Source: Planctomycetales bacterium
Lineage (GTDB): Bacteria > 4484-113 > JAFGCY01
NCBI GenBank assembly: GCA_022646745.1
Contig: CP060262.1
Span: forward strand, 3,780,001-3,812,000
Direction: 5' to 3'
DNA: 32,000 bases
A program made the position numbers and the translations under genes. Numbering within the stretch: the first letter of the stretch is position 1; each line of letters starts with the position of its first letter. The notes beneath the pieces were generated by a model. It was not told where the DNA came from, did not search any database, and saw only the letters and a list, made by a program, of their open reading frames with translations. Of the stretch, positions 9,129 through 17,911 are shown piece after piece.

Positions 9129-9857
9129 CTACTGCAGAATTGCCTTAGTGTTCTTCTGGCGAGCCAAACTCAGACCGGCGCGAGTCCCCTTCACCAGTTC
9201 GGTATGATTGTCAATCAGCAATTCAGGGGTCAGATGTTCACGCTGCCAGCGAGATACCCAGGCCAGAATTGTCTTCTTCGTCGGCATCTTTTCACCTTCA
9301 GCGAGTACGTCTTCTGCCCGCAGCTTCTTCTCTTGGAAGCGAATCAGCTTATAAAAATCGTACCCTGTTATGCTGCAGTCTGGTGATAGTTGAAGATACC
9401 TGACCTGGAATCTAATCATACGAGCCGATTTTCCATTTTTGATTGATGGGAGCTTTGTGACATTCCACAACTCCCTTTCAATGAGACCATTCGCGTTCAG
9501 ATCTTTAATCATAGCCAGGAAATGAAGGTAGTCACGCAAACAGCAGATCAGCATCATTCCACGCCCGCTGCTGATTTCCACTTTCAGTTTGTAGGAGTTT
9601 GCTGCCCCACGGTTTACCTGTATATACAGGTAATCCATACACCTGATTCCACGTGCCCTTGCATCGTTTAAGACAGCCTCCGCCATAACGGCGGTGAAAG
9701 ATGTCAGCAGGGCTCCCATGCCTGGCCCAACAATTCTTCCAAGTTTGGCAACCCTATGGGTGTCAATCACTAGACCATCAACCTTTAGATAAGGGTTTGC
9801 ACCCAGGCTCGCCCGGAACTTAGCAAGTTGTCGCTTCTGAAATGGAGGTCGTCGCAT
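9129..9857 (-). CDS. Hypothetical protein (242 aa).
   Basis: This is a clean 729-nt ORF. There is no SD, but TTGACA-N16-TAAACT-N6 sits directly upstream of the ATG, which is a leaderless geometry. No family recognised. Confidence 0.6.
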   Translation of the reverse strand: MRRPPFQKRQLAKFRASLGANPYLKVDGLVIDTHRVAKLGRIVGPGMGALLTSFTAVMAEAVLNDARARGIRCMDYLYIQVNRGAANSYKLKVEISSGRGMMLICCLRDYLHFLAMIKDLNANGLIERELWNVTKLPSIKNGKSARMIRFQVRYLQLSPDCSITGYDFYKLIRFQEKKLRAEDVLAEGEKMPTKKTILAWVSRWQREHLTPELLIDNHTELVKGTRAGLSLARQKNTKAILQ

Positions 9858-9863
9858 GACGAA

Positions 9864-9891
9864 AGTTTAACGGTCCAAGCAATATTGTCAA
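9864..9891 (-). promoter_or_regulatory. Candidate sigma70-type promoter producing a leaderless mRNA for the 9129..9857 gene.
   Basis: On the minus strand, TTGACA (9891-9886) is followed by a 16-nt spacer, TAAACT (9869-9864), 6 nt, then the ATG at 9857. There is no SD between them. Confidence 0.3.
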
Positions 9892-11053
9892 TTGATTTCT
9901 TTGTCTCGAATAACATCCAATAATACAATTGAAGAATTGCGAGTGCATGCATTTCCTCCTATCATAACCTGGCAACGCACAACTAATAAAGATATGTCTT
10001 TCGAACTGCAGTTAATAGGCCAACCTCTTGACCAGCATGAACACTTGCCTCAGGGCACTTGACTCACACGGCGGTCGTCAAGAGCTTTTGGAGCACACTG
10101 CCTGAAATTCCCCCGAATTGCACCCATCTGACTGCCTGGGGATGTGATCGCGTCAAGTGCTTTGAGTGGTTGACCATCTAGTGCCCGGCCTTGTCCCCGG
10201 CAGCACGGGACGCATTGCATAGGGTGGAATTGCCGGTTACGCAGATGCCCGCGCACCCGCACTACTCGACAAGTACATTGGTGGGCCTTGCTCCACGAGC
10301 TTCGAACCTATTTCGAGGATAGCATGAATGACATGTAGAAAGTCAACTCCCTTGTCATTCAACTGCTTCTGATGGCTCGTATCTGTGCCTTCCACGAGAC
10401 CATGGCGGACGAGAGGAAACTTGAACCTCTTGCCTACGTGGACATCATGCATGCACCTGCTAGTCTCAGTACACTCACCTAGAATTCTCCGGTTCGTAGT
10501 GGTCCCAGGACGGCCTCTGAGGACCTGATTCCGTCCTGGTTTACCTATTCCTAAGGGTATTCTTAGGCTAGGAATAGGCAGTGCTTCACGTAAACCCGCT
10601 TCCAGACTGTGTAAACAGGCTGTTGCTCCCATCCAAAATGAACCCGACTCCGCCCCTCCCGCCGCCTGCATCACAAGCAGTCTCTGGTCGGGCTGGCGAG
10701 GCCGTGGAATACGGCCTTGAATTCGCCAGCACTTCGTGGCGGGTCGGCGGTGAATTCGCGCGGTAATGAGTACCGCGCGAGCCGACTGTGCGCGGGAGTT
10801 TTGGGTTGTTTGTTAGTTTTAGAATTTAGTTGGTTTGAAGGAATTGAATTGAATGAATGCTTGCCCACATCTCCACGGCACGGATACTCTTGCCAGCTTG
10901 CTACGAGATTATTCAGGTCTCTTCGCTGGCGCTGGCGCAACTGCCGTGGATATAACCGCCTGCCGGCTGACCGGCTGGCTTGGACAAGGAGTGGTTTAAC
11001 CTCGTGTAAAATTGTTATGCTGTGTCCTTTCTAAGGAATTGCTGACATCAAAA

Positions 11054-12409
11054 ATGCGCTTCATTGATCTATTTGCAGGCTTAGGTGGATTTAATCTCGC
11101 CCTGACATCGCTGGGACATGAGTGCGTGTTTGCGTGTGAAATTGAATCGCATCTTCAAGACTTGTACGAAGCAAACTTTGGTCTCCGGCCCGCTGGAGAT
11201 ATTCGGTCAAAAGGTCTTATTGCTTCAATTCCCGAGCACGACATACTTTGTGCTGGCTTCCCTTGTCAGCCCTTTTCCAAGGCTGGCGAACAGAATGGAC
11301 ATGATTGCCCTCAGTGGGGAGACCTTATTAACTACGTTCTCGAAATTCTAAGCACCCATCAACCAAGCTATGTGATCCTCGAAAACGTCCCCAACTTGGA
11401 GAAGCACAGAGGAGGTGAAACTTGGCGTCAACTAAAGAAAAGGCTTGAGCATTGGCGACGCGGATCTTTCACGATAGACAGTAGGATACTCTCACCTCAT
11501 TCCTTTGGAGTACCGCAAGTTCGTGATCGTATGTTTATAGTGGGCTCACGACATGGCTTGGAACACTTCAAATGGCCTTCAGGCGAAGGCTACCCAACTC
11601 CTGATCTGAAGTCTATCCTGGACACAAATCCACCCGAAGCAAAACCGCTATCAGCCGAAGCTATCCGCTGCTTGGATGTGTGGCAGGAGTTCTTGTCTGC
11701 TTTTCCCACATCAGAGGGGTTGCCATCCTTCCCAATATGGACAATGGAATTCGGCGCTGATTACCCATTTGAAAAACGTGCTCCATATTCTTATGGAAGA
11801 GCCTACTTGCAGAAATTTCGCGGATCATTTGGTCAACCGCTAACCTTACTGCCAGCCTCTCGTGTCATGGATGGTCTTCCACCTTATGCAAGACAAGCTG
11901 TTGACAAGTTTCCAGAGTGGAAAATCACTTTTATCAGGCAGAATCGTAGTTTCTATCAAAAACACCATTCTTGGTTAGATGACTGGCTTCCCAAGATACG
12001 TGAGTTTAACCCTAGCTATCAAAAGCTTGAATGGAACTGCAAGGGCTGCCCCCGAAAGATCTGGGACTATATCATTCAGTTTCGTCCATCAGGGGTTCGA
12101 GTCAAACGACCGAATACATCACCAAGCCTAGTGGCAATGACGACGAGTCAGGTGCCTGTTATTGGCTGGGAAAAACGCTTCATGACTCCACGTGAAGGAG
12201 CAAGACTCCAGAGCATGGATGAACTTAATCACTTGCCAGACGCTAGTACCCGTGCATACGAAGCTCTTGGCAATGCACTCAATGTGCAACTCGTCAGACT
12301 TATAGCGAAAGCGCTAGTACCCAGCGTTGATCAGCCCACAACAGTTACTGTGGGCGAGAACTCTGCAAAGGACTTGCCAATTAAGGTAGGAGAACGAGCT
12401 GCCCTATGA
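11054..12409 (+). CDS. DNA (cytosine-5)-methyltransferase.
   Basis: C5-MTase motifs appear in canonical order: I DLFAGLGGF, IV GFPCQPFS, VI LENVPNL, VIII GVPQVRDRMFIVG, then a long variable (target-recognition) region, then TPREGARLQS and GNALNV. The start is placed at the ATG 11054 (MRFIDLFAG), not the track start 11012. Confidence 0.92.
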   Translation: MRFIDLFAGLGGFNLALTSLGHECVFACEIESHLQDLYEANFGLRPAGDIRSKGLIASIPEHDILCAGFPCQPFSKAGEQNGHDCPQWGDLINYVLEILSTHQPSYVILENVPNLEKHRGGETWRQLKKRLEHWRRGSFTIDSRILSPHSFGVPQVRDRMFIVGSRHGLEHFKWPSGEGYPTPDLKSILDTNPPEAKPLSAEAIRCLDVWQEFLSAFPTSEGLPSFPIWTMEFGADYPFEKRAPYSYGRAYLQKFRGSFGQPLTLLPASRVMDGLPPYARQAVDKFPEWKITFIRQNRSFYQKHHSWLDDWLPKIREFNPSYQKLEWNCKGCPRKIWDYIIQFRPSGVRVKRPNTSPSLVAMTTSQVPVIGWEKRFMTPREGARLQSMDELNHLPDASTRAYEALGNALNVQLVRLIAKALVPSVDQPTTVTVGENSAKDLPIKVGERAAL

Positions 12410-13974
12410 ATGCTAGTCCACACGAAGATGTAGGTGGCACGGTTGGGATTCGACCCGGTGTCAGCATCTTGTCCGTGCTTCGACATCTCAACTATCGGCC
12501 TTGGTATGCCATAGCTGAATTCGTTGACAATTCACTCCAAAGCTATCTAGCACATAAATTAGCGCTGCAAGACGGAAGGCAAGCAATAGAAGCATTGCGA
12601 GTGGAAATCAGTCTTGAGAATGACCCTGAACCACGACTCGTAATTACCGACAACGCCGCTGGAATTTCCGCCCTCGATTTTCCAAGAGCATTTAGGCCAG
12701 CTGCAATTCCAACCGACACAAGCGGTCTGTCGGAATTTGGCATGGGAATGAAAAGTGCTGCCTGCTGGTTCTCACCTCGATGGATCGTCCGAACTAAAGC
12801 ACTTGGAGAACCAGTTGAGAGAATTGTGACATTCAACATTGCTCAGATCATTAAAGATGAGATTGAAGAACTGGCTATTGAAACTCGGCCTTCAAAACCA
12901 GAACATCACTTCACTGAGATTCAATTGTTGGATTTGCACGAACCTCCGCAGGGTAGGACAGTTGCAAAAATCAAGGAACACCTTGCAAGTATCTATCGTA
13001 TGTTCATCCGAAATGGTGAAATGAATATCTTCTACAAAGACAAAGAACTTAGCTTTGACAATGTGGGCATTCTAAATGCACCTTATTACAAAGAGCCGAG
13101 TTCTGATCCAGTTACTTGGTTCAAAAAAATAGACATGGATTTTGGGGCTGGTCATCGAGTAACAGGATTTGCCGCTTTGCGTGACCCAGGCAGCACTACT
13201 CATGCTGGTTTTGCGCTTTTCCGGCGCAACCGATTAATTCAAGGCAGTGCAGATGATGGCTATAGACCGTATCAAGTGTTTGGCGCTCCAAATAGATACC
13301 CGTACCAGCGTCTCTTCGGTGAACTGCATATGGAGGGATTCGAAGTTTCCCACACTAAAGATGGGTTCCGCTGGGACGATGGACTAGAGGATACTTTCCT
13401 TGAGCTGCTAAAGGAAGAGCTAAACAGCGCTCCACTTCCACTAATTACGCAAGCAGAGAATTTCCGAGCTCGGAAGTATAAAGCCGATTGGCGCTCTGGG
13501 GCTGAGAAGGCCGTTGCCAATACAGCAGATACCCTTGAAAAAGAGGCGATACCAGTCTTAGAAACGGAACGTGAGACACCCCCTTCAATTTCCGAGTTGC
13601 CTAGTGAGTTAGATGAACGCACATTGGTAACTAAGCAAGAACGCACGCTAGAATTCCGCAATGATACTTGGCAAGTCACTATTGAGCTTACTTCAGATGC
13701 AGCAGTTAGTGACTGGTTAGAGATTAGGAATAATGAACAACAACCGGTTACAGCTGATGGAAGAGTTGTCAGACACCTTGGAATTCGAATTTCTTTGGAG
13801 CACCCATTCATGCAGAGGTTTTGTGGGTTGTCATCCGATGAAATGGAACCATTGATTCGCTTGGCAGTTGGTATTGCTCTTTCCGAGGTTGTAGCTAGAG
13901 AAAGTGGTGTCCTTCAAGCGGGGACATTTCGCAGGGTATTGAATGACTTACTTGCCAACGCTCTAGCATTATAG
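12406..13974 (+). CDS. GHKL-superfamily ATPase (HATPase_c_3 / prokaryotic MORC-like).
   Basis: The Bergerat-fold boxes are present: AEFVDNSLQS (N box), ITDNAAGIS (G1) and SEFGMGMKSAACW (G2). There is an ATGA stop/start overlap with the methyltransferase at 12406-12409. Confidence 0.85.
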   Translation: MNASPHEDVGGTVGIRPGVSILSVLRHLNYRPWYAIAEFVDNSLQSYLAHKLALQDGRQAIEALRVEISLENDPEPRLVITDNAAGISALDFPRAFRPAAIPTDTSGLSEFGMGMKSAACWFSPRWIVRTKALGEPVERIVTFNIAQIIKDEIEELAIETRPSKPEHHFTEIQLLDLHEPPQGRTVAKIKEHLASIYRMFIRNGEMNIFYKDKELSFDNVGILNAPYYKEPSSDPVTWFKKIDMDFGAGHRVTGFAALRDPGSTTHAGFALFRRNRLIQGSADDGYRPYQVFGAPNRYPYQRLFGELHMEGFEVSHTKDGFRWDDGLEDTFLELLKEELNSAPLPLITQAENFRARKYKADWRSGAEKAVANTADTLEKEAIPVLETERETPPSISELPSELDERTLVTKQERTLEFRNDTWQVTIELTSDAAVSDWLEIRNNEQQPVTADGRVVRHLGIRISLEHPFMQRFCGLSSDEMEPLIRLAVGIALSEVVARESGVLQAGTFRRVLNDLLANALAL

Positions 13975-13983
13975 GAACTTACA

Positions 13984-16185
13984 GTGGATAACGATGTTAT
14001 AGAGGTAATTGAGGAGCAGCCAAGCCCATACTCCAAATGGTCACCTAGACAGGGGCGAAACACCCTTGCATTATTGGCGCGACTGTTTCCAGAGGATCAG
14101 TCTGCACGTGAGAGATTGGCACAGGAAGCAACTTCCGTCTTATCCTGCTGTATACCTCCTACGCAGTCTGATGGCGTGGACACGGGATTAGTTATTGGAT
14201 ACGTACAGAGTGGCAAAACCGCCAACTTTACCACCATTGCTGCATTGGCAGCGGATAACGGTTACAAACTAGTCATAGTGATTTCAGGCGTAGTAAGAAA
14301 CTTATTCAATCAATCCTGTGACAGGCTTCGGGATGACCTTGGTGTAGCTGAAGGCAATCGAGGTTGGTTATATCTACAGAATCCTACTCGTGCTCGAGAT
14401 GCAGCATCATTGCGAGCTGCGCTCACATCTAGACCACTAGCAGGAATTGAGCCTAGAACCACTTTGATAGTAACTCTAAAACACACTTCTCACATTCGAA
14501 ATCTCACGAACCTTCTGGCTAGCATTGGTGAGAATTCAATACCAACCTTGATAATTGATGATGAAGCTGACCAGGCTAGCTTGAACAATCGTGTAAGGCA
14601 GGGGGACGTTAGTGCAACATATCGCAGTATTGGTCAGTTGCGAGCAACGTTGCGCCAGCATACTTTCTTACAATTCACGGCCACGCCGCAAGCCCCTTTG
14701 CTCATTAGCATTTTAGATGTCTTGTCTCCGTCGTTTGTAGAGCTTCTAACGCCAGGCGACGAATATGCTGGAGGCAGGACATTTTTCGAAGACGAACGAC
14801 AGGCAAGGCTCATAAGAGAAATCCCGCCTTCTGATATTTCGACAAGAAATAATCTTCTGACGAGCCCTCCTCGAAGTTTACTCAGCGCTTTGGAGTTTTT
14901 TTACATAGGAGTTGCAGTTGGAATTTTCAGGGGCGAGCAAGCTTACAAGAACAGATCAATGTTGGTTCACCCAGACAAGAGTACTTCATCACACGCTCAG
15001 TATGCTAGATGGATTCTATCTACTCAGGAGGAATGGCGACGAATTCTTGAAGCTCAGGATACTGATGCTGACAGAATAGAGAGATTATCATTGTTCGAAC
15101 GAGCTTTCAACGATCTGCTCAATACAGGTATGGAATCGCCACCTTTCTCGGAATTGATTCCATATATTCAGTCCGCACTTGCAATCACGCAGGTTTGCCA
15201 AGTAAATTCAACACCTGCCAACCTTGAACCGCAATGGCGACAAGAATATTCCTGGATCGTGGTTGGAGGTGACAAGATCAATCGCGGCTACACCGTTGAG
15301 GGACTTACAGTAACATACATGCCTCGCGGGATTGGTGGCAGCAATGCTGACACAATCCAACAACGGGCACGATGGTTTGGTTATAAAGCATCATACCTTG
15401 GATTTTGCAGGGTCTATCTGACCCAAAACGTACGGCAAGCATATGTGGATTATGTAGAACATGAGGAAAGTGTCCGTAGAGCGCTTCACCAGCATCGGCA
15501 ACAGCGCTTGAGCGTACGCGATTGGAAGCGATTATTCCTGTTGTCAGCGAATTTACGTCCAACGCGTGATCAGGTAATCGACAGTCCGTACTTCCGAGGT
15601 GGACAGCCAAATTCTTGGTTCAAGATTTCTACTCCTCTTTACGACATTCAAACTACAGACCAAAACAGAGATGCTGTCAACAATTTGCTTAACAGCCTTG
15701 ATTTAACAGAACTAAGTGGAGATCCCCGCAGAACCAAAATGCAAACGCCCAAAGTTGGCAGATTATCAATGACTGAAATTCTCGAAGGGTTTTTTGCTGA
15801 GCTTACGTGGCCTGATCCAAGCGATGCCCTCCAATTCAATGGAATACTGTTCCAGATTGGCAACTTCCTTGATACCAATGCAGATGAAGACGTAGTAGTA
15901 TATGAAATGGCAAACGGCAAAAGTAGAATGCGCCCGGTCAATGCGCAAGGTCGAATCACATCCAACCTTCACCAAGGTGAAAATCCTCCCTCAAGAGGTG
16001 ACCAAATCAGTCGAGGCGAAGTCTATCCAGGTGACGTTGCCATCAGGGACAGCAATCAGCTTTCAATTCAGATTCATTGGCTTGATCTAGAACAGAATAA
16101 AGTCAATGTTGCACGTCGTGTTCCGGCTCTCGCGATTTGGCTTCCGAGGAGAATAGCGAGAAGTTGGGTCGCACAGAATCAGTAA
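13984..16185 (+). CDS. Z1-domain P-loop NTPase.
   Basis: Walker A is GYVQSGKTANFT and Walker B is TLIIDDEADQASLN, followed by FTATPQA. This is the pattern I associate with Z1-domain proteins. It has a GTG start 9 nt after the preceding stop, with AGGA upstream. Confidence 0.8.
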   Translation: MDNDVIEVIEEQPSPYSKWSPRQGRNTLALLARLFPEDQSARERLAQEATSVLSCCIPPTQSDGVDTGLVIGYVQSGKTANFTTIAALAADNGYKLVIVISGVVRNLFNQSCDRLRDDLGVAEGNRGWLYLQNPTRARDAASLRAALTSRPLAGIEPRTTLIVTLKHTSHIRNLTNLLASIGENSIPTLIIDDEADQASLNNRVRQGDVSATYRSIGQLRATLRQHTFLQFTATPQAPLLISILDVLSPSFVELLTPGDEYAGGRTFFEDERQARLIREIPPSDISTRNNLLTSPPRSLLSALEFFYIGVAVGIFRGEQAYKNRSMLVHPDKSTSSHAQYARWILSTQEEWRRILEAQDTDADRIERLSLFERAFNDLLNTGMESPPFSELIPYIQSALAITQVCQVNSTPANLEPQWRQEYSWIVVGGDKINRGYTVEGLTVTYMPRGIGGSNADTIQQRARWFGYKASYLGFCRVYLTQNVRQAYVDYVEHEESVRRALHQHRQQRLSVRDWKRLFLLSANLRPTRDQVIDSPYFRGGQPNSWFKISTPLYDIQTTDQNRDAVNNLLNSLDLTELSGDPRRTKMQTPKVGRLSMTEILEGFFAELTWPDPSDALQFNGILFQIGNFLDTNADEDVVVYEMANGKSRMRPVNAQGRITSNLHQGENPPSRGDQISRGEVYPGDVAIRDSNQLSIQIHWLDLEQNKVNVARRVPALAIWLPRRIARSWVAQNQ

Positions 16186-16203
16186 AGGTCTCCGGGGTCT
16201 TCC

Positions 16204-17220
16204 GTGCAACTTAATTTCTATGATAGATTTTTGGAATTGAAACCACCAGAGTCCTCGCACACTTCTTCATCGTATTCTGTGATTGAGTTACCAGATATTC
16301 CAGACATTCGTATTGGCAAGAGCCGGGATCTCAAACCAGCGATTCTGATTAATCTCTCTCTTCAATCAGAATTGTCAACTCCAGTGCCACCTATCAGACT
16401 TCGCCATATTGAGATTTACTCTAATTCACTCTGCCGCATACATTTACAGAATGGTGCAACCAGTGAAGAGAGACTTGCCTTAGTAGTTTGTCGTTCTGAT
16501 GACATCCAGCTTCAGTCTTATTTCCTAACAGTTCTTCCGATGATATTCGCAACTCACTTCGAAGCACAAGCTAATGACAATATAAATTCTGCCTTGTCTT
16601 CAGTTGCAGAATTGTTCAAGTTGATCGAAGAGCCGCCTCACAAATCAGTGCAAGCAATATGGTCTGAGCTACTTCTCATTGAGAGATCGAGCGATCCCTC
16701 TCGAATGTTGTCTGCCTGGAGAAATGGAGTCCATGATAAATACGACTTTTCAGATGGGATGAACAGACTAGAAGTAAAGTCCTCATCTCGTGGAGTAAGA
16801 ATTCACACGTTTAGTCTTGACCAACTCATGGCTCCACCCGATGTGACAGTCGTCATTGCTTCACTGTTAGTGAGAGAACTAGCAGGTGGAAGCTCAATAC
16901 GAAACTTGGTCAATGGGATCAGAAAGAAATGCTCTGACCCAACACTTTTGCTGAAGTTGGAAACTGTCATAACAAGAACGCTAGGAGCTTCCACTCCACA
17001 GGCTATTGAGGTTACGTTCGATCTGCCATTCGCCTTGGATGAGTTGCGTTACTACAATGCAACAATAATACCTGCTGTGAATCCTCCAATTCCAGGAGGT
17101 GTAAGCAATGTGCGTTTTGATTCTGACTTGGCATTTTGCTCTGTCTTAGTCCCATCAGCACTGTCTAACGACGAGAATTGTTTAACATCATTACTTACTA
17201 AGCCCAACAATATTATCTAG
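16204..17220 (+). CDS. PD-(D/E)xK motif protein (DUF4420-like predicted nuclease).
   Basis: DKYDFSDGMNRLEVKSSS gives a D..(E)xK nuclease core. The gene lies immediately after the Z1 gene, as in the recurrent dcm/HATPase/Z1/DUF4420 clusters. It has a GTG start and no in-frame ATG near the N-terminus. Confidence 0.7.
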   Translation: MQLNFYDRFLELKPPESSHTSSSYSVIELPDIPDIRIGKSRDLKPAILINLSLQSELSTPVPPIRLRHIEIYSNSLCRIHLQNGATSEERLALVVCRSDDIQLQSYFLTVLPMIFATHFEAQANDNINSALSSVAELFKLIEEPPHKSVQAIWSELLLIERSSDPSRMLSAWRNGVHDKYDFSDGMNRLEVKSSSRGVRIHTFSLDQLMAPPDVTVVIASLLVRELAGGSSIRNLVNGIRKKCSDPTLLLKLETVITRTLGASTPQAIEVTFDLPFALDELRYYNATIIPAVNPPIPGGVSNVRFDSDLAFCSVLVPSALSNDENCLTSLLTKPNNII

Positions 17221-17905
17221 CTTGTTGAGTTTCAGCCCAAAGACCGCCCCAGAAACCAACTTCTAAAGCGATCATATCATGCGTCCCCAACTTGACTAAC
17301 TCCTGGTTTTCTGAAGTCTCAACCCAAGGGGCAATGGCTCTCATAATGTCTGAGTAGTGATCATCGTCCCATTCTGCATGTACAAGCCAGAATTCCACAT
17401 CCTTTTCTGTCAACCCCCTTTTCATTAGCCCTTCTGCAATTAATTTGTACTCGGGTGCCGTAAAATACTCGGTACCTGGTCCAAGCGCTCCTAGACCCGT
17501 TAGGAAATGCGTGTCACGACAAACAGAAATCATTTTCTCTACGTAACCTAGGGTTAATGTTGTCGGAATATAGGTGTTTAACTCATCTACTGATACGCCA
17601 ACAGAATGTGCGAAACGCTTGAATAGATTTCTGTGCGAATTGCTGATATCACCACTTCCATGCTCTTCCCAAAGGTTGGTGATTAATATAGAGCGAGTTT
17701 CATCATCGGGAACGTTTGCCGCCACAAATGCAACACCCTTAACAAAACTTGTAGAAACGAAGTAGTATTCCCGAGTAAAAAACTTAAGAGCCTCTGAAGA
17801 GAGTTCGTTTCTATTTATTGCTTTTATAAAAGGATGATCAATTATGTCTCTGGATAGATTCGTTGCATACTCTTCTAGCTCTATCACAAACTCTTGCGCA
17901 TTCAT
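17213..17905 (-). CDS. Heme-oxygenase-like di-iron / iron-containing redox enzyme family protein (CADD/PqqC-like fold).
   Basis: LKFFTREYYFVSTSF..ITNLWEEHGSGD..SHRNLFKRFAHSVG..EFWLVHAEWDDDHYSD supplies the Glu/His ligand pattern typical of CADD/PqqC-type helical di-iron proteins. There is a 6-nt gap after the ALDH gene. Its stop overlaps the convergent DUF4420 gene by 8 nt. Confidence 0.75.
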   Translation of the reverse strand: MNAQEFVIELEEYATNLSRDIIDHPFIKAINRNELSSEALKFFTREYYFVSTSFVKGVAFVAANVPDDETRSILITNLWEEHGSGDISNSHRNLFKRFAHSVGVSVDELNTYIPTTLTLGYVEKMISVCRDTHFLTGLGALGPGTEYFTAPEYKLIAEGLMKRGLTEKDVEFWLVHAEWDDDHYSDIMRAIAPWVETSENQELVKLGTHDMIALEVGFWGGLWAETQQAR

Positions 17906-17911
17906 GCCTCA

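Noticed and set aside
10290-10320. A TTCGAA-containing segment (gagcttcgaacctatttcgagg) that superficially resembles a tRNA T-loop, which would have suggested an integration target.
   Set aside because: The flanking bases do not form a 5-bp T-stem on either strand, and I could not build an acceptor or anticodon arm.
10237-10674. A 145-aa minus-strand ORF in the non-coding gap. I wondered whether ..HVGKRFKFPLVRHGLVEG..DFLHVIHAILEIG.. is a transposase or other gene remnant.
   Set aside because: I could not match it to any family. It has no SD, its N-terminal third is Gly/Ala/Arg-rich, and it spans the two perfect hairpins. It may still be a pseudogene fragment, which a BLASTX search would settle.
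10841-10859. The microrepeat gaattgaattgaatgaatg and nearby G/T-rich tracts, considered as a possible CRISPR or tandem-repeat array.
   Set aside because: It is only about 19 nt with no spacer-repeat periodicity. Nothing elsewhere in the window shows regularly spaced direct repeats of CRISPR type.
13272-13811. A 179-aa minus-strand ORF inside the GHKL ATPase gene, with similar cases at 15305..15610, 15648..15965, 18549..18926 and 20464..20835.
   Set aside because: These are Ser-rich or low-complexity antisense frames nested in genes with clear catalytic motifs.
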